This document shows positions 49,123-58,877 of a DNA stretch of 64,000 bases, piece after piece (positions within the stretch are counted from its first letter, which is position 1; each line of letters begins with the position of its first letter). A program made the translations under genes and the position numbers. Location of the stretch: positions 1,240-65,239 of the IMG/VR virus record IMGVR_UViG_3300031707_001866. One strand, given 5' to 3'. This stretch comes from a virus. Lineage: Duplodnaviria > Caudoviricetes. A model generated the notes under the pieces. That model did not search any database, was not told the origin of the DNA, and saw nothing but the letters and a program-made list of their open reading frames with translations.

Positions 49123-49350
49123 TTATTTTTCTCCTTTCTGTAAGTCCTTAACTAAATCTGGTGTCGCTTCTTCAACGTGTATCATATAACCGTGTCCTTC
49201 TATGTGTGCTAAACAGAAAGCAACCGCCAACTCCGATGTAGAAAACATTTCATATTCATTGTAATCAGCATAAAACATTTCGGCCGTTTCATTCCATCGG
49301 CAAACCTTGTAGCACACATAAATATACAAACGCTTTGTTTTATTTCCCAC
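49123..49350 (-). CDS. Early hypothetical protein
   Basis: 75 aa, GGAGGTG RBS. Confidence 0.6.
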   Translation of the reverse strand: MGNKTKRLYIYVCYKVCRWNETAEMFYADYNEYEMFSTSELAVAFCLAHIEGHGYMIHVEEATPDLVKDLQKGEK

Positions 49351-49364
49351 CTTATCTCACCTCC

Positions 49365-49541
49365 TTAGCAGTAAAATGGGTTAAACTCAGTATAATCATT
49401 CCGGCTAAACACATCTATTTCATCTTTGCTGTAATAGGTTTTACAACCACCACACTTGACCCCCTCGTGTTCTTGCTCAACCTCAACCACCGAGCCACAT
49501 ATTACACACGTGAAAGATACATTAACTTTTTTGTTTGTCAT
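49365..49541 (-). CDS. Small Zn-ribbon protein
   Basis: MTNKK...CVIC...CGGC. Confidence 0.6.
   Translation of the reverse strand: MTNKKVNVSFTCVICGSVVEVEQEHEGVKCGGCKTYYSKDEIDVFSRNDYTEFNPFYC
49442..49508. repeat. 67 bp direct repeat, copy 1
   Basis: Identical to 50447-50513. Confidence 0.9.
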
Positions 49542-49560
49542 AGAGTCCCCCAATCTATTT

Positions 49561-50232
49561 TTATTTCCACGCTTTTATTCTGTATTTTTTCTGACTGACT
49601 AGCTTACTAAAAGCAGACTGTTTAATCTTCCTATACTCAGCCATAGCAGACTGTTCAATCTTCTCATACTCAGCTATAGCAGACTGTTCAATCTTCTCAT
49701 ACTCAGCCCAAGCAGGCTGTTCAATCTTCCTATACCCAGCCATAGCAGGCTGTTCAATCTTCCTACACTCAGCCATAGCAGGCTGTTCAATCTTCTCATA
49801 CTCAGCCCAAGCAGACTGTTCAATCTTCTCATACTCAGCCCGAGCAGACTGTTTAATCTTCCTATACTCAGCCCAAGCAGACTGTTCAATCTTCCTATAC
49901 TCAGCCATAGCAGGCTGTTTAATCTTCTCATACTCAGCCCGCCCCTTAATGGTTAATACCTCTAAGCAAATACCTATTCTTGACAATACTCCCGTCTTAA
50001 TTCCCTCAACTATTTCAGCAGGAAAATTAGCGGGCGAGGAAAAATTCACACACTCTTTATTCGCACCCTTGTTTTTTAACTCTGGGTAGTAACTTCTGAT
50101 AGCCCCGTGCCCGCACAAGTCATCAATAACTTCTGGGCGTAAAAGTAGCTCGCCCTCTTTTGTACCTAAATCTTTATTTTGTAGAAAGTAAATCTCATCG
50201 TTATACTCAACCCAGCTAACAAATTCGCACAT
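49561..50232 (-). CDS. Early protein with ten 11-aa helical repeats
   Basis: [MWRI]AEY[ER]KI[EK]Q[SP]A x10. Confidence 0.8.
   Translation of the reverse strand: MCEFVSWVEYNDEIYFLQNKDLGTKEGELLLRPEVIDDLCGHGAIRSYYPELKNKGANKECVNFSSPANFPAEIVEGIKTGVLSRIGICLEVLTIKGRAEYEKIKQPAMAEYRKIEQSAWAEYRKIKQSARAEYEKIEQSAWAEYEKIEQPAMAECRKIEQPAMAGYRKIEQPAWAEYEKIEQSAIAEYEKIEQSAMAEYRKIKQSAFSKLVSQKKYRIKAWK
49612..49941. repeat. 33 bp tandem repeat x10 (coding)
   Basis: AGCAG(A/G)CTGTT(C/T)AATCTT....ATACTCAGC... units spanning 330 bp. Confidence 0.92.
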
Positions 50233-50234
50233 CT

Positions 50235-50552
50235 TTAATCACCCCACATATCAGAATTTTTGTTATCGCAAACCACACAGATATACTCACCATAAGGATA
50301 AGGGTGTCCGTTAGCAACTCGTGTTTTATAATCATCTAACACCGGAACACGATTGACAAACCTTCCAGAGCCGAGCCGGACTGACTTACCACACTCCACG
50401 CAGGTATCTTTTAGTCTGGGGCAACGCTTAGGTGTTTTTGTGTATATACAACCACCACACTTGACCCCCTCGTGTTCTTGCTCAACCTCAACCACCGAGC
50501 CACATATTACACAGGTAAAGGACACCGTTACTTTTTCTTTTTTTCTCGTCAT
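50235..50552 (-). CDS. Zn-finger protein
   Basis: CVIC, CGGC, CVEC, CVVC. Confidence 0.65.
   Translation of the reverse strand: MTRKKEKVTVSFTCVICGSVVEVEQEHEGVKCGGCIYTKTPKRCPRLKDTCVECGKSVRLGSGRFVNRVPVLDDYKTRVANGHPYPYGEYICVVCDNKNSDMWGD
50447..50513. repeat. 67 bp direct repeat, copy 2
   Basis: Identical to 49442-49508. Confidence 0.9.
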
Positions 50553-50564
50553 ATAGCCCCCAAT

Positions 50565-50774
50565 CTATTTTTGGTCAAGTATACGTATCGCCCAAGATAA
50601 ATAAGTAGTCATTAAATCGCTAACCTCTCCTGCCATATCTGATGTAGCCAATATTTTCTTTAGTTCATTAAATTGTTTTGAAGTAAACTCCCTGTCTGAA
50701 AATTCCTCAAAATGTTTTTTCTCATACCAATTAGGAATATAAACCCCTTTTTCTTTTCGGTAATCTTTACCCAT
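50565..50774 (-). CDS. Early hypothetical protein
   Basis: 69 aa, GGAGGTG RBS. Confidence 0.6.
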   Translation of the reverse strand: MGKDYRKEKGVYIPNWYEKKHFEEFSDREFTSKQFNELKKILATSDMAGEVSDLMTTYLSWAIRILDQK

Positions 50775-50986
50775 TTTATTTCACCTCCTTTATTCTGTAT
50801 TTTTTCTGGCTAACTATTTTAGCGTATTTACACATTTGTTTTTTCATCTATATCCACCACCTTTTCCAGACACAACCCATTCTAACGCTTCTACCCACCC
50901 CTGATATATTAGACTGTCCTGTTCTTCACAGTCTTTCACACCTTTTTGACAATACTCTATCTCTTTTAATATTTTTGCTTTTGATT

Positions 50987-51232
50987 TCATTTCCTCACCG
51001 CCTTTTCAAACATTTTATCTGGGTAAAAGCAGTCATCAAACCTTTCTGTCCGTTTTTCTTCTAGGTCTTTTAGTATTATTGTTGCTTTATACCCTTTGGC
51101 GTTATCTCTTTCAGTATCTCTGGCCGGTCTTAAATTTTTTACACTCACATCTCGGCCACATAAATGTTGGAAACCGTTGCTATAATACTCGTATTCCCAG
51201 ATTATGTCTGTTATTTCTTTTTTGTTTTTCAT
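50987..51232 (-). CDS. Early hypothetical protein
   Basis: 81 aa downstream of a promoter. Confidence 0.6.
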   Translation of the reverse strand: MKNKKEITDIIWEYEYYSNGFQHLCGRDVSVKNLRPARDTERDNAKGYKATIILKDLEEKRTERFDDCFYPDKMFEKAVRK

Positions 51233-51257
51233 TTGTTCTCACTTCCTTCCTGTTATG

Positions 51258-51287
51258 AGTATAGCACTTTTCAGTATGATTTGTCAA
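51258..51287 (-). promoter_or_regulatory. Early sigma70 promoter
   Basis: TTGACA-18-TATACT. Confidence 0.75.
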
Positions 51288-51295
51288 GGGGTCTG

Positions 51296-51884
51296 TTATA
51301 AATCAAACTTGCTGGTAAGAATCTCCTCGACAGACGGCTGGTTATCTTCGCCGAGATACTCCTCAATTTGTTTTAGAGCATAAATAATTGCTGTCGTTGA
51401 CATCGGCTCGTTTCTGTTAATAAAATCCCGCAATTCTCTTGCTATATTATTTTTTGATAAGATAGCCTCAAACTTTTTGCTTGCCATTTTGTTTTACTCC
51501 TCTCCCTGTTATCTCTTTTACAAAACACCGTTCAAACCGGCCAATAATGAGTCCGCCTTGTGAAAGTGTTAAGAGGTTGCCTTCCACGTGTTCAATGACA
51601 ACCGGACTGCCTTGTTTAGTGGTAAATCCCTGTCCTAAAAATATCCCTGTTCTTTTGTTCATCATATCACCCTGTTATAGAATTTTTTTCCAACTGCCTG
51701 CTTTGATGAGAGTCCTAAGAGTGGAACGGGCAAAACCCTGATAATCAGTTCCAGCCGAGTCCGTAAAATATAGGCTGTTGCCTATTATCTCTCGTATGGC
51801 CACCCTACCCACCATATTTGACTTGCCCTGCGTGTCTATAACGTCCCCGACCTTAAACTCATCTTTTGCTTTTATCCTTGTCAT
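51296..51884 (-). CDS. Three small early hypothetical proteins (51296-51487, 51468-51665, 51675-51884)
   Basis: Adjacent 63-69 aa ORFs with RBSs. Confidence 0.55.
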
Positions 51885-52043
51885 TTGTTCACCCCGTAGT
51901 CATCTATTGCTTCAATGACTGCTTCTTTGCCATATATCTTTATCAACATTTGGATATTACAGTCCCCGTCATTATAACATATTTGACAAGCACCTTGACA
52001 TCTTTTATATCTGTCAACCTGATATTTTTTAAGTTTCATTGCT

Positions 52044-52490
52044 TTACCTCACTTTTTTGTAGAGAGCCTCACCATTTGAAAAACAGGCTATCCGTTTGAC
52101 TTCCGTATATCCGTATTCTTTTTTAATTTTGTTTATAATCCTGTTGGCCAGTTTTGTTTCCTTAGCCAGTTTTGTTTCAACTAACTTTTTCAAAACATCT
52201 TCCGGTATGCTTTTGTCGTGTTTATAATAATAGTTATCTTCAACTTCTAGACAAGCTTTATATTCATTTTGTATAAAGTCTATACAACTGCCCGCATAAT
52301 ATCCGGCTGTTAAAACTATCTGAGTAAAGCCCAACTTTTCCGTTCCCTCAAACTCAATTACTGATGACGGGTAGCGTCTGTTTTCGTCAAATGCCCGTTC
52401 CTTACTTAATTTAGGAACGTTTCCGCTTTCGTAATCATCATCTGTTACAACAACACACCTGTTAACGTAGCAAAAGTTATTCGTTGACAT
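52044..52490 (-). CDS. Early hypothetical protein
   Basis: MSTNNF start after AAGGAG. Confidence 0.6.
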   Translation of the reverse strand: MSTNNFCYVNRCVVVTDDDYESGNVPKLSKERAFDENRRYPSSVIEFEGTEKLGFTQIVLTAGYYAGSCIDFIQNEYKACLEVEDNYYYKHDKSIPEDVLKKLVETKLAKETKLANRIINKIKKEYGYTEVKRIACFSNGEALYKKVR

Positions 52491-52704
52491 TGTACTTTCT
52501 CCTTTCAACTGTAAACAAATGCTTTTGTAAAATTATTTTTCCGTTAGCCCTATCTGTTATGTAAATGTTATCAACCAATGAGCCAAACATTGTTTCGACG
52601 TCCTTGTCAATCGCTGTCCTTAGTCCCAAATGTTCAAGTTCTTTTATGCCCTTCTTAATTTTGTTTACGCCTCGCCTTAGCTTCTTATCATAGTCTGTTA
52701 ACAT
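52477..52704 (-). CDS. Early hypothetical protein
   Basis: 75 aa, GAGGGGG RBS. Confidence 0.55.
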   Translation of the reverse strand: MLTDYDKKLRRGVNKIKKGIKELEHLGLRTAIDKDVETMFGSLVDNIYITDRANGKIILQKHLFTVERRKYNVNE

Positions 52705-52896
52705 TTTAAGCCCCCTCTAAAATTCTTTTGACCGTTTCGTATAGTCTAAGAGCTGATTTCGTTCCCCACGTTGTTTTATATAGTATTTCAGTATGCCAAT
52801 TATCAACTTCTTCTAAGTCTAAAATATCTGCTAGTCGTTCGCCCCTAAAAATTTTTTCCTCGTTAGTCATTTTGTTCCCCCTTCCCTTCTGTTATA

Positions 52897-52926
52897 AGTA
52901 TAGCACTTCTAAACTAAGCCTGTCAA
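52897..52926 (-). promoter_or_regulatory. Early sigma70 promoter
   Basis: TTGACA-18-TATACT followed by TATAACAG. Confidence 0.75.
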
Positions 52927-52930
52927 GTGT

Positions 52931-53398
52931 TTAGCTAAAAGTTTTAATTACTTTCAAAAACTTTTCTTTTTCCTCGCCCTTAAAACGTTCGCCAATGAGC
53001 TTTTCAAGTATGCCTTCAAATTCGTAGCACTCCCACGTTCTATTAAGGTAGCAAATTTTAGTCCGGCAAACCTCAAACCCGTTAGAGTGTAAAACTGCCA
53101 CGTGCCGGAAACCGCTTCGGGTAGCCTCACTGTTACAAACCACGTTAAAACGTCCATCTAAGTTAAAAATTCTCATTTTGTTTTCCCCTTTCCTTTAATA
53201 CGCGTTGATATTATGAGTGTAAAACATTACTAAGCCAGTAGCAAACCACTCAAAATCGTTGACTCCAAAATAGTAGTTTTTTCCAATTGCCCCGTTTTCG
53301 TTTTTTCTTTTGATGATATACAACTGAGCTTTAAGTTTTGCCTGCGGGGTTAACTCGTCATAACCATAGACTACAACCCCATTTTTTAATATTCGCAT
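52931..53398 (-). CDS. Two small early hypothetical proteins (52931-53176, 53195-53398)
   Basis: 81 and 67 aa ORFs with RBSs. Confidence 0.55.
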
Positions 53399-53418
53399 TT
53401 TTTACTCCTTCAATAATG

Positions 53419-53448
53419 ATTATACATCTTTACTGCCTAAACTGTCAA
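53419..53448 (-). promoter_or_regulatory. Early sigma70 promoter
   Basis: TTGACA-18-TATAAT. Confidence 0.75.
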
Positions 53449-53598
53449 GCCCTGCCACAAAACAACGGTAGAATTCATCTGTCCTATTTTGGTACTCATT
53501 ATGGTATACTTTGAACAGATATTCATTGAAGTCTGTTATGTAGTGTACTTTTTCCCGTTGTCTTTGTGTTAACATAAATCACCTGCTGTAAATTTTGT

Positions 53599-54589
53599 TT
53601 ACTTATCATAAACTACCTTAAAAAACTTTTCTTTATTAAACCCAGCGTTTTCTTCTGCTAAGCTGTCAACTAAAATGCTAAAGGCAAGGTATACACCGCC
53701 TTTAACTGTCGCATTTGTAGAGCAAACGTCCGCTTGACGTAATGCTTTTGCGATTAATTCATAGTCTTTACGTGTCATTTTTACCACCCCCAGACTGTTA
53801 TAAAATAGGCTGTGTTAAGCCTCAACCCTTGTATTTATATTGAGCTACGTATACTTGAAACTGTCCGGCACTTATAATGGCATAACCATAGCCAAGTTCA
53901 ACCTGTCTGACAAACTGAGCAAACGTCAAGGCCAGTTCACCGACTGAGCCAAACCCAGAGGAATCAACAAAATATTGCTTGCTTGTTTTTTCCCAGTTTT
54001 TCGGTGTGTAACTGCCTAAATTCGGGATTTTGTTCAAGTTAGTCTTGTCTGCTTCCGTTTCAATGAACAACGGAATTTTTCCGGCCTGCCTGCTTCTTCT
54101 TGCTTCTGCCCGTTCCATCTTTTCAATAGTAGCCAAATCGTACATTTTATAGCCCCCTTGTTAAAATTTTGCTTCTGTTAAGATGTTTTGATTAAAAATT
54201 CAATCATCAACCTGTTAAGTAAAAACGTTTTTACCGTTTCCGGCAAGGCCAATGTTTTAATGTACGCCTCTGTTAAGTCATAAGCCCTTGAAACCGTTTT
54301 CCCTGTCTTTACGTGTCCGGTAAACTCACCAGTTATAATCTTAACCATTTTAGCCATCATTTTTAGTCCCTCGCTTTTATTTTAGAATCGTTTATGCTAT
54401 TTTTCCGTCCCTTGTTATATATCCGGCCTCAATTAAACCCTGAGCAGTCCGGCCATAGCAACCTTGTAAACTCCAAACCAGCCCAGTCTTTATCAACTCA
54501 GCGAATAACTCCAAAACTCCGGTTTCGTCAAGCTCGCCCTGTTCATAGCTTATTATAGCACCAGTTACATCAAATTTATTTTTTTCCAC
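53599..54589 (-). CDS. Four small early hypothetical proteins (53599-53787, 53822-54145, 54178-54360, 54392-54589)
   Basis: Phage early-gene-like sequences: MTRKDYELIA, FVDSSGFG, LIKTGLVWSLQGCYGR. Confidence 0.6.
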
Positions 54590-54607
54590 TTTGTTCTCAC
54601 TTCCTTC

Positions 54608-54661
54608 CTGTTATAGTTTCACTTCTGTTATAAGTATACAACTGTTATATAGTTTCGTCAA
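54608..54661 (-). promoter_or_regulatory. Early promoter overlapped by three TATAACAG boxes at 17 bp period
   Basis: TTGACG-17-TATACT; CTGTTATA at 54608, 54625, 54642. Confidence 0.75.
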
Positions 54662-55010
54662 GTAATATTCTCTTATGATATTTTATATCATTAAACAAGC
54701 AAATGAAACCGTAACCTGTAACAACCCCATCAAACCGCTTTTTAATAAGTTTAAGCCCATCAACAAGGCCAAATTTTAATAAGTACCGCTTAGAATCCAC
54801 TTTTAGGCTATACAATTTTAAGCCCTTGCCGTTTACGGTGTAAAGGTACTTAGCACCGCTTAAAACCGCTTCCGGCTTTTTATCCTTGTAAAAATATAAT
54901 CTTTTAAGGCCACACGTCAAAACATCATTTTTAGAATAACCGTTCCGGCCAAAAAATTTAACCCTTAGCACGTTTTTAATGTTTTCATTTGAAAAATGAT
55001 ATAATCTCAT
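54645..55010 (-). CDS. Early protein, possible ADP-ribosyltransferase-like fold
   Basis: MRLYHFS...RLYFY pattern; weak. Confidence 0.45.
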   Translation of the reverse strand: MRLYHFSNENIKNVLRVKFFGRNGYSKNDVLTCGLKRLYFYKDKKPEAVLSGAKYLYTVNGKGLKLYSLKVDSKRYLLKFGLVDGLKLIKKRFDGVVTGYGFICLFNDIKYHKRILLDETI

Positions 55011-55021
55011 AAAATCACCGC

Positions 55022-55411
55022 CTAAGCCCTATTATATAAACTAGCTTTTAATGTGTTGTGTTTATCGTACGAGCTGTTAAAATATAGGGTAATAATCTTT
55101 TTACTGCTGTTTATAACTAGAATCAAATCTTCTTGACTATTATAGTTTAATCTAAAACAAGCTTTTAACACGTTTCCGGCCTCGATATAAACTTCGAAAA
55201 CGTCTTTCGGCCTTAGCGCTTGACTTTTTAGCCACGTCAAAACGTTTTCAACATCTTTTAAGCCCCTAGTCTTTATCCGGTCAATACAATGACTCGCAAA
55301 ACTATAATCTAAGCTCTTAAACGTGTCACACAAGATTAAAAGCTTTTCTTGTGTGTCTTCCGGCCAAAAAACTTCTTTATGATATCTATACACTTTTAAC
55401 CCCTTAAACAA
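55022..55411 (-). CDS. Early hypothetical protein (possible RNase-toxin-like fold)
   Basis: SHCIDRIKTR...ITLYFN...DKHNTL. Confidence 0.5.
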   Translation of the reverse strand: MFKGLKVYRYHKEVFWPEDTQEKLLILCDTFKSLDYSFASHCIDRIKTRGLKDVENVLTWLKSQALRPKDVFEVYIEAGNVLKACFRLNYNSQEDLILVINSSKKIITLYFNSSYDKHNTLKASLYNRA

Positions 55412-55670
55412 GTTTTACGTCTATAGTTTGTGAAATAATTAAAACTGCTTGTTGATTATTTATAGCTTTTATTTCATTAGCCACTAGACTTATTTTTTCT
55501 TTATTAGAAGTTAACTCTCTAAGAATTACTTCTATAATTAAACTTTTTTCTTCTGTACCTTGCCAAACCCCTAGACTGTCAATCAATGTGTAGTTTTCAA
55601 AATGATTATTTAGAATACTTTTAATTTTATCAATGTTTATGTTTTCTGTATATATTCTATAAAGTTTCAT
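55404..55670 (-). CDS. SAM lyase (T3 SAMase-like, PII-like fold) candidate
   Basis: YTLIDSLGVWQGTEEKSLIIEV...ANEIKAINNQQAVL. Confidence 0.6.
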   Translation of the reverse strand: MKLYRIYTENINIDKIKSILNNHFENYTLIDSLGVWQGTEEKSLIIEVILRELTSNKEKISLVANEIKAINNQQAVLIISQTIDVKLV

Positions 55671-56139
55671 TTTTCACCCCTTAAAAAGTTTATTTTATAC
55701 ACCTATTAAAAATCTAACCCGCCATAAGTTTACAATTACTGCTTTTCTTTTTTTATAGTTACACAGTACAACCCATAAGCCTAGATTTATGTGATTTTTT
55801 GTTAATCTTAACATTTTAATCACCGCCCAATCTCTTGTAAAATAGCGTTTTGACTTTTTGTGTTTAAGTCTAAAACCGCCTTAAAACTCGAAACCGTAAG
55901 CCACCCGACCCCGACCCCGATTATTATTACTAGTACCGCTAAAACTATTCTAAGTCTGTAACCCATTTTTAACCCCTCTCTTTTTTATATAGTAGTGTGG
56001 CCGAATCTAAACCGCTAGACGTATCAACTAAGGTATACCCTAAGTTTTCAAGCCTTGCTTTTTCTTTTTCTGCTCTTGCTATACCCTCTAAGCTTCTAAG
56101 ATTCACATTGATTATTTTTGTCATTTTAATCGCCTCCTT

Positions 56140-56193
56140 CTGTTATAGATTTATGCCTGTTATAAGTTTACACCTGCTATATTGATTTGTCAA
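56140..56193 (-). promoter_or_regulatory. Early promoter overlapped by three boxes at 17 bp period
   Basis: TTGACA-17-TAAACT; CTGTTATA 56140, 56157, CTGCTATA 56174. Confidence 0.72.
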
Positions 56194-56473
56194 GGGTTAT
56201 TTGTTTTCGGTGTAAACAGTATATTTTGTCATTATTTATTCACCTCCGCTCCTAATAATTGTTAATAAAAAATTTTTCTTGATTCTCTATTTGATACCAT
56301 ACCAGCTCATTGACTTTTATTACTTGAAAAAACTCATCAAGAGAATAAAAGCAAGCTTGAATAATAATAGATGTGCTTCTATATTTATATTTTATTTTCA
56401 TTTGTTTTTTACCTCCTTATTTCTTTTAAGTGTCTTATACTTCATTTTTACCATCTCCTTCCCTTTCAATATA

Positions 56474-56501
56474 ATTATACCACGTATTTCATACTTGTCA
56501 A
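56474..56501 (-). promoter_or_regulatory. Outermost early sigma70 promoter
   Basis: TTGACA-16-TATAAT with TGn. Confidence 0.7.
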
Positions 56502-56930
56502 GGGCTATTTTATCCGACTAAACTCCGGTCAAACCCGCAAACACGAGAGATACAGACTGCCTAAGCTAGCCTCTAATGGTATAGCATACCTAAGAGGTAC
56601 TAAAGGGCTAGAATCTAATCCTTAGGGGCTTCTTAGGGTATTTATAGGGGTATACAATGGTATACATTAGCTTTTACAGTGTATTTATACCTTGTATAAT
56701 ATAACGTCTATATAGTATATTGCTTATTGTATTTATAACAGTATGAGAGAATAAAGGCTTTTAATATATACTTATGTATTTATATATTATAATAAAGACT
56801 CTATTATATAGTATTTATATAGATATATAATTATTTTATTGTGTATACTTATATTATAGAGATTAAGCTGTGAAATACTTCACACCTTTAACCCCTCAGC
56901 GTCAATAGAATAAAATCACGCTAAAAACCC

Positions 56931-57283
56931 TTGATATATATAATGTTTATAAGCCTGTGAATAACTTTCTCAGTGATTTAAGCATAAAACCCTTGTATAT
57001 CATCATTATTAGCGAAGTTAACATAACTTGACTATGCCCCTAAAATCATCAGCCTCTATTCTTTTAGAATACCGTTGATATATATAGCGTTTATCCTGTG
57101 GATAACTTTTCATACAAATAACATTGATATATATAGCGAATTACAAATGTATAGAGAACAAAAGTTATCAACAGGGCATACAAATTATGTTGATATATAT
57201 AGTGAATTATTGATATAGTCGATATACTTATCAACAACTGCTGGTGATGGGGCTGTGGATAACTTTTATTTGCCTGTGTATAA
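56931..57283. other. DnaA-box / iteron cluster (putative replication origin or DnaA sink)
   Basis: TGTGAATAA 56956, TGTGGATAA 57097 and 57254, TGTGTATAA 57275, TTATCAACA 57165 and 57228; TTGATATATATA at 56931, 57075, 57124, 57190; adjacent AT-rich tract ~56690-56870. Confidence 0.7.
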
Positions 57284-58620
57284 CTCCGGCTCTCGGTGTG
57301 ACTTGCGTTGATTTATAAGAGTTTTTTTGTATACCCCTATATTTTAGTGCGGTGGATATTTTAGGCCGGACGGAGATTTGCAATTGTTAGTGACTTGAAT
57401 TTCAGGAACTGTTCAGAGATTTCGCGGCTGACTTCAGGGAAATAATCCCCTTCTTCAGAACTTTATAATGCTTCTGCAAACAAAACTAGTGTATTATTCA
57501 ATAATTTCAACCGTTTCTTATTTGATTGTAAACCAAAACGCAAATAAATGCCTGAACAAGCGCCCAGTTACCCCTGAACCAGCTCCAGGGACACCCCCAT
57601 TAACTTAGCACAAAAGCCTCTAATATATAATTAGACCCTTTCACCAAAAAATTCTAGGGTAAAATGGGCATATAATATTTTTAAACAACACTAATATATT
57701 ATTAGTTACGTTTCCAAATATTTTCACTCTCTTATTAATATATTAATTTATATAAATAATATAGCAAATATGTTGTAACTTAATCCCCAATTAAGTAGCA
57801 GCGTATTTAAACTCTGTGACTTGCCCCAGGGATACCTGCCATTAACACGCTTTTGGGGGTAAGAACGATTAACCTACCCCGGCATAGATAAAGGTGCTCC
57901 CAATCAACGAAAGTGCCTTAAATCGTATCCTTAGCCCTATTGACCCTTTTGGGTGGTCGGAATCTTCCGCGTTTTTTGAAATACCTGCCCGGCCTACTTG
58001 TATACACTTGTGCATAAGTGCAGACATTTACAGCATCTAAACGATTATTGTAAATAAAACAGCAACTTTATGTATGCTTTTATACAATATCTTGTAGTTT
58101 CATTTCTCCCGCGTTCGCTGTTCGACGACAGGCGGGCGAACATTGGTTTTGACCCTCACTGGAAGTCACTTAATCTATCGTCGGCTCTCGTTGCTGTTCT
58201 GGGATGATGAACTCTTTTCTTCTACGAATACTGTATGCTAATAGAGTTCCTCATATTATATTTACACACTACTTAAACCTTTAAAACCTAAAAACCAAAA
58301 TACAATATAAATAAATTATTAATTACTTAGAAATATTAAGATTAATTTTTTATTCCTCTTTATCCCCTAAAAAATAAATCTTAAATCATAATCAATATTC
58401 TTTAATTACTAATACTTAATATAATTTAATTATATAAGAATTTAGAATTAAATAGTATTTTACCTAATGTGACACTGTTACAGGGGTTAAAATATTGTCT
58501 AAAAATTTACGAAAATCGTCGAATAAACGTAAATAAACTTATAAAAACACAATAAAATTAAAATAAATCGCACAAATTAATATTTATTCGGATATATTGT
58601 AATGAAGGAAGTGAATATAA

Positions 58621-58773
58621 ATGCCGGATAAAATTATACAGTTCGCGGTCGAAAAAGGAAAATACGACTACGAACTTGTTATTATAGACGAGAATGGGAA
58701 GGTCAGACAGGTAGAGTGTGAAAGTCTTAGTGCTGTTTTGGCCGAGGTTAAGATAAAGTTAATGAGTTTATAA
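58621..58773 (+). CDS. Small hypothetical protein (50 aa), first gene of the packaging/late operon
   Basis: MPDKIIQFAVEKGKYDYELVIIDENG...; not in ORF track. Confidence 0.5.
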   Translation: MPDKIIQFAVEKGKYDYELVIIDENGKVRQVECESLSAVLAEVKIKLMSL

Positions 58774-58877
58774 CGAGTTATAGCCGAATCACACACAAAC
58801 ACAACCTGGATTGCGGGTCTAGACTCTTATATCGCCGGGGAAGAGGGGCGTTAGGCGCTTCTTCCCTGGTTCATATT

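Noticed and set aside
49612-49941. 33-bp tandem array as a CRISPR array
   Set aside because: No unique spacers; units are contiguous and in frame in a protein; no cas genes
51250-56181. CTGT-containing motifs as LexA SOS boxes
   Set aside because: They are direct repeats, not CTGT-N8-ACAG palindromes
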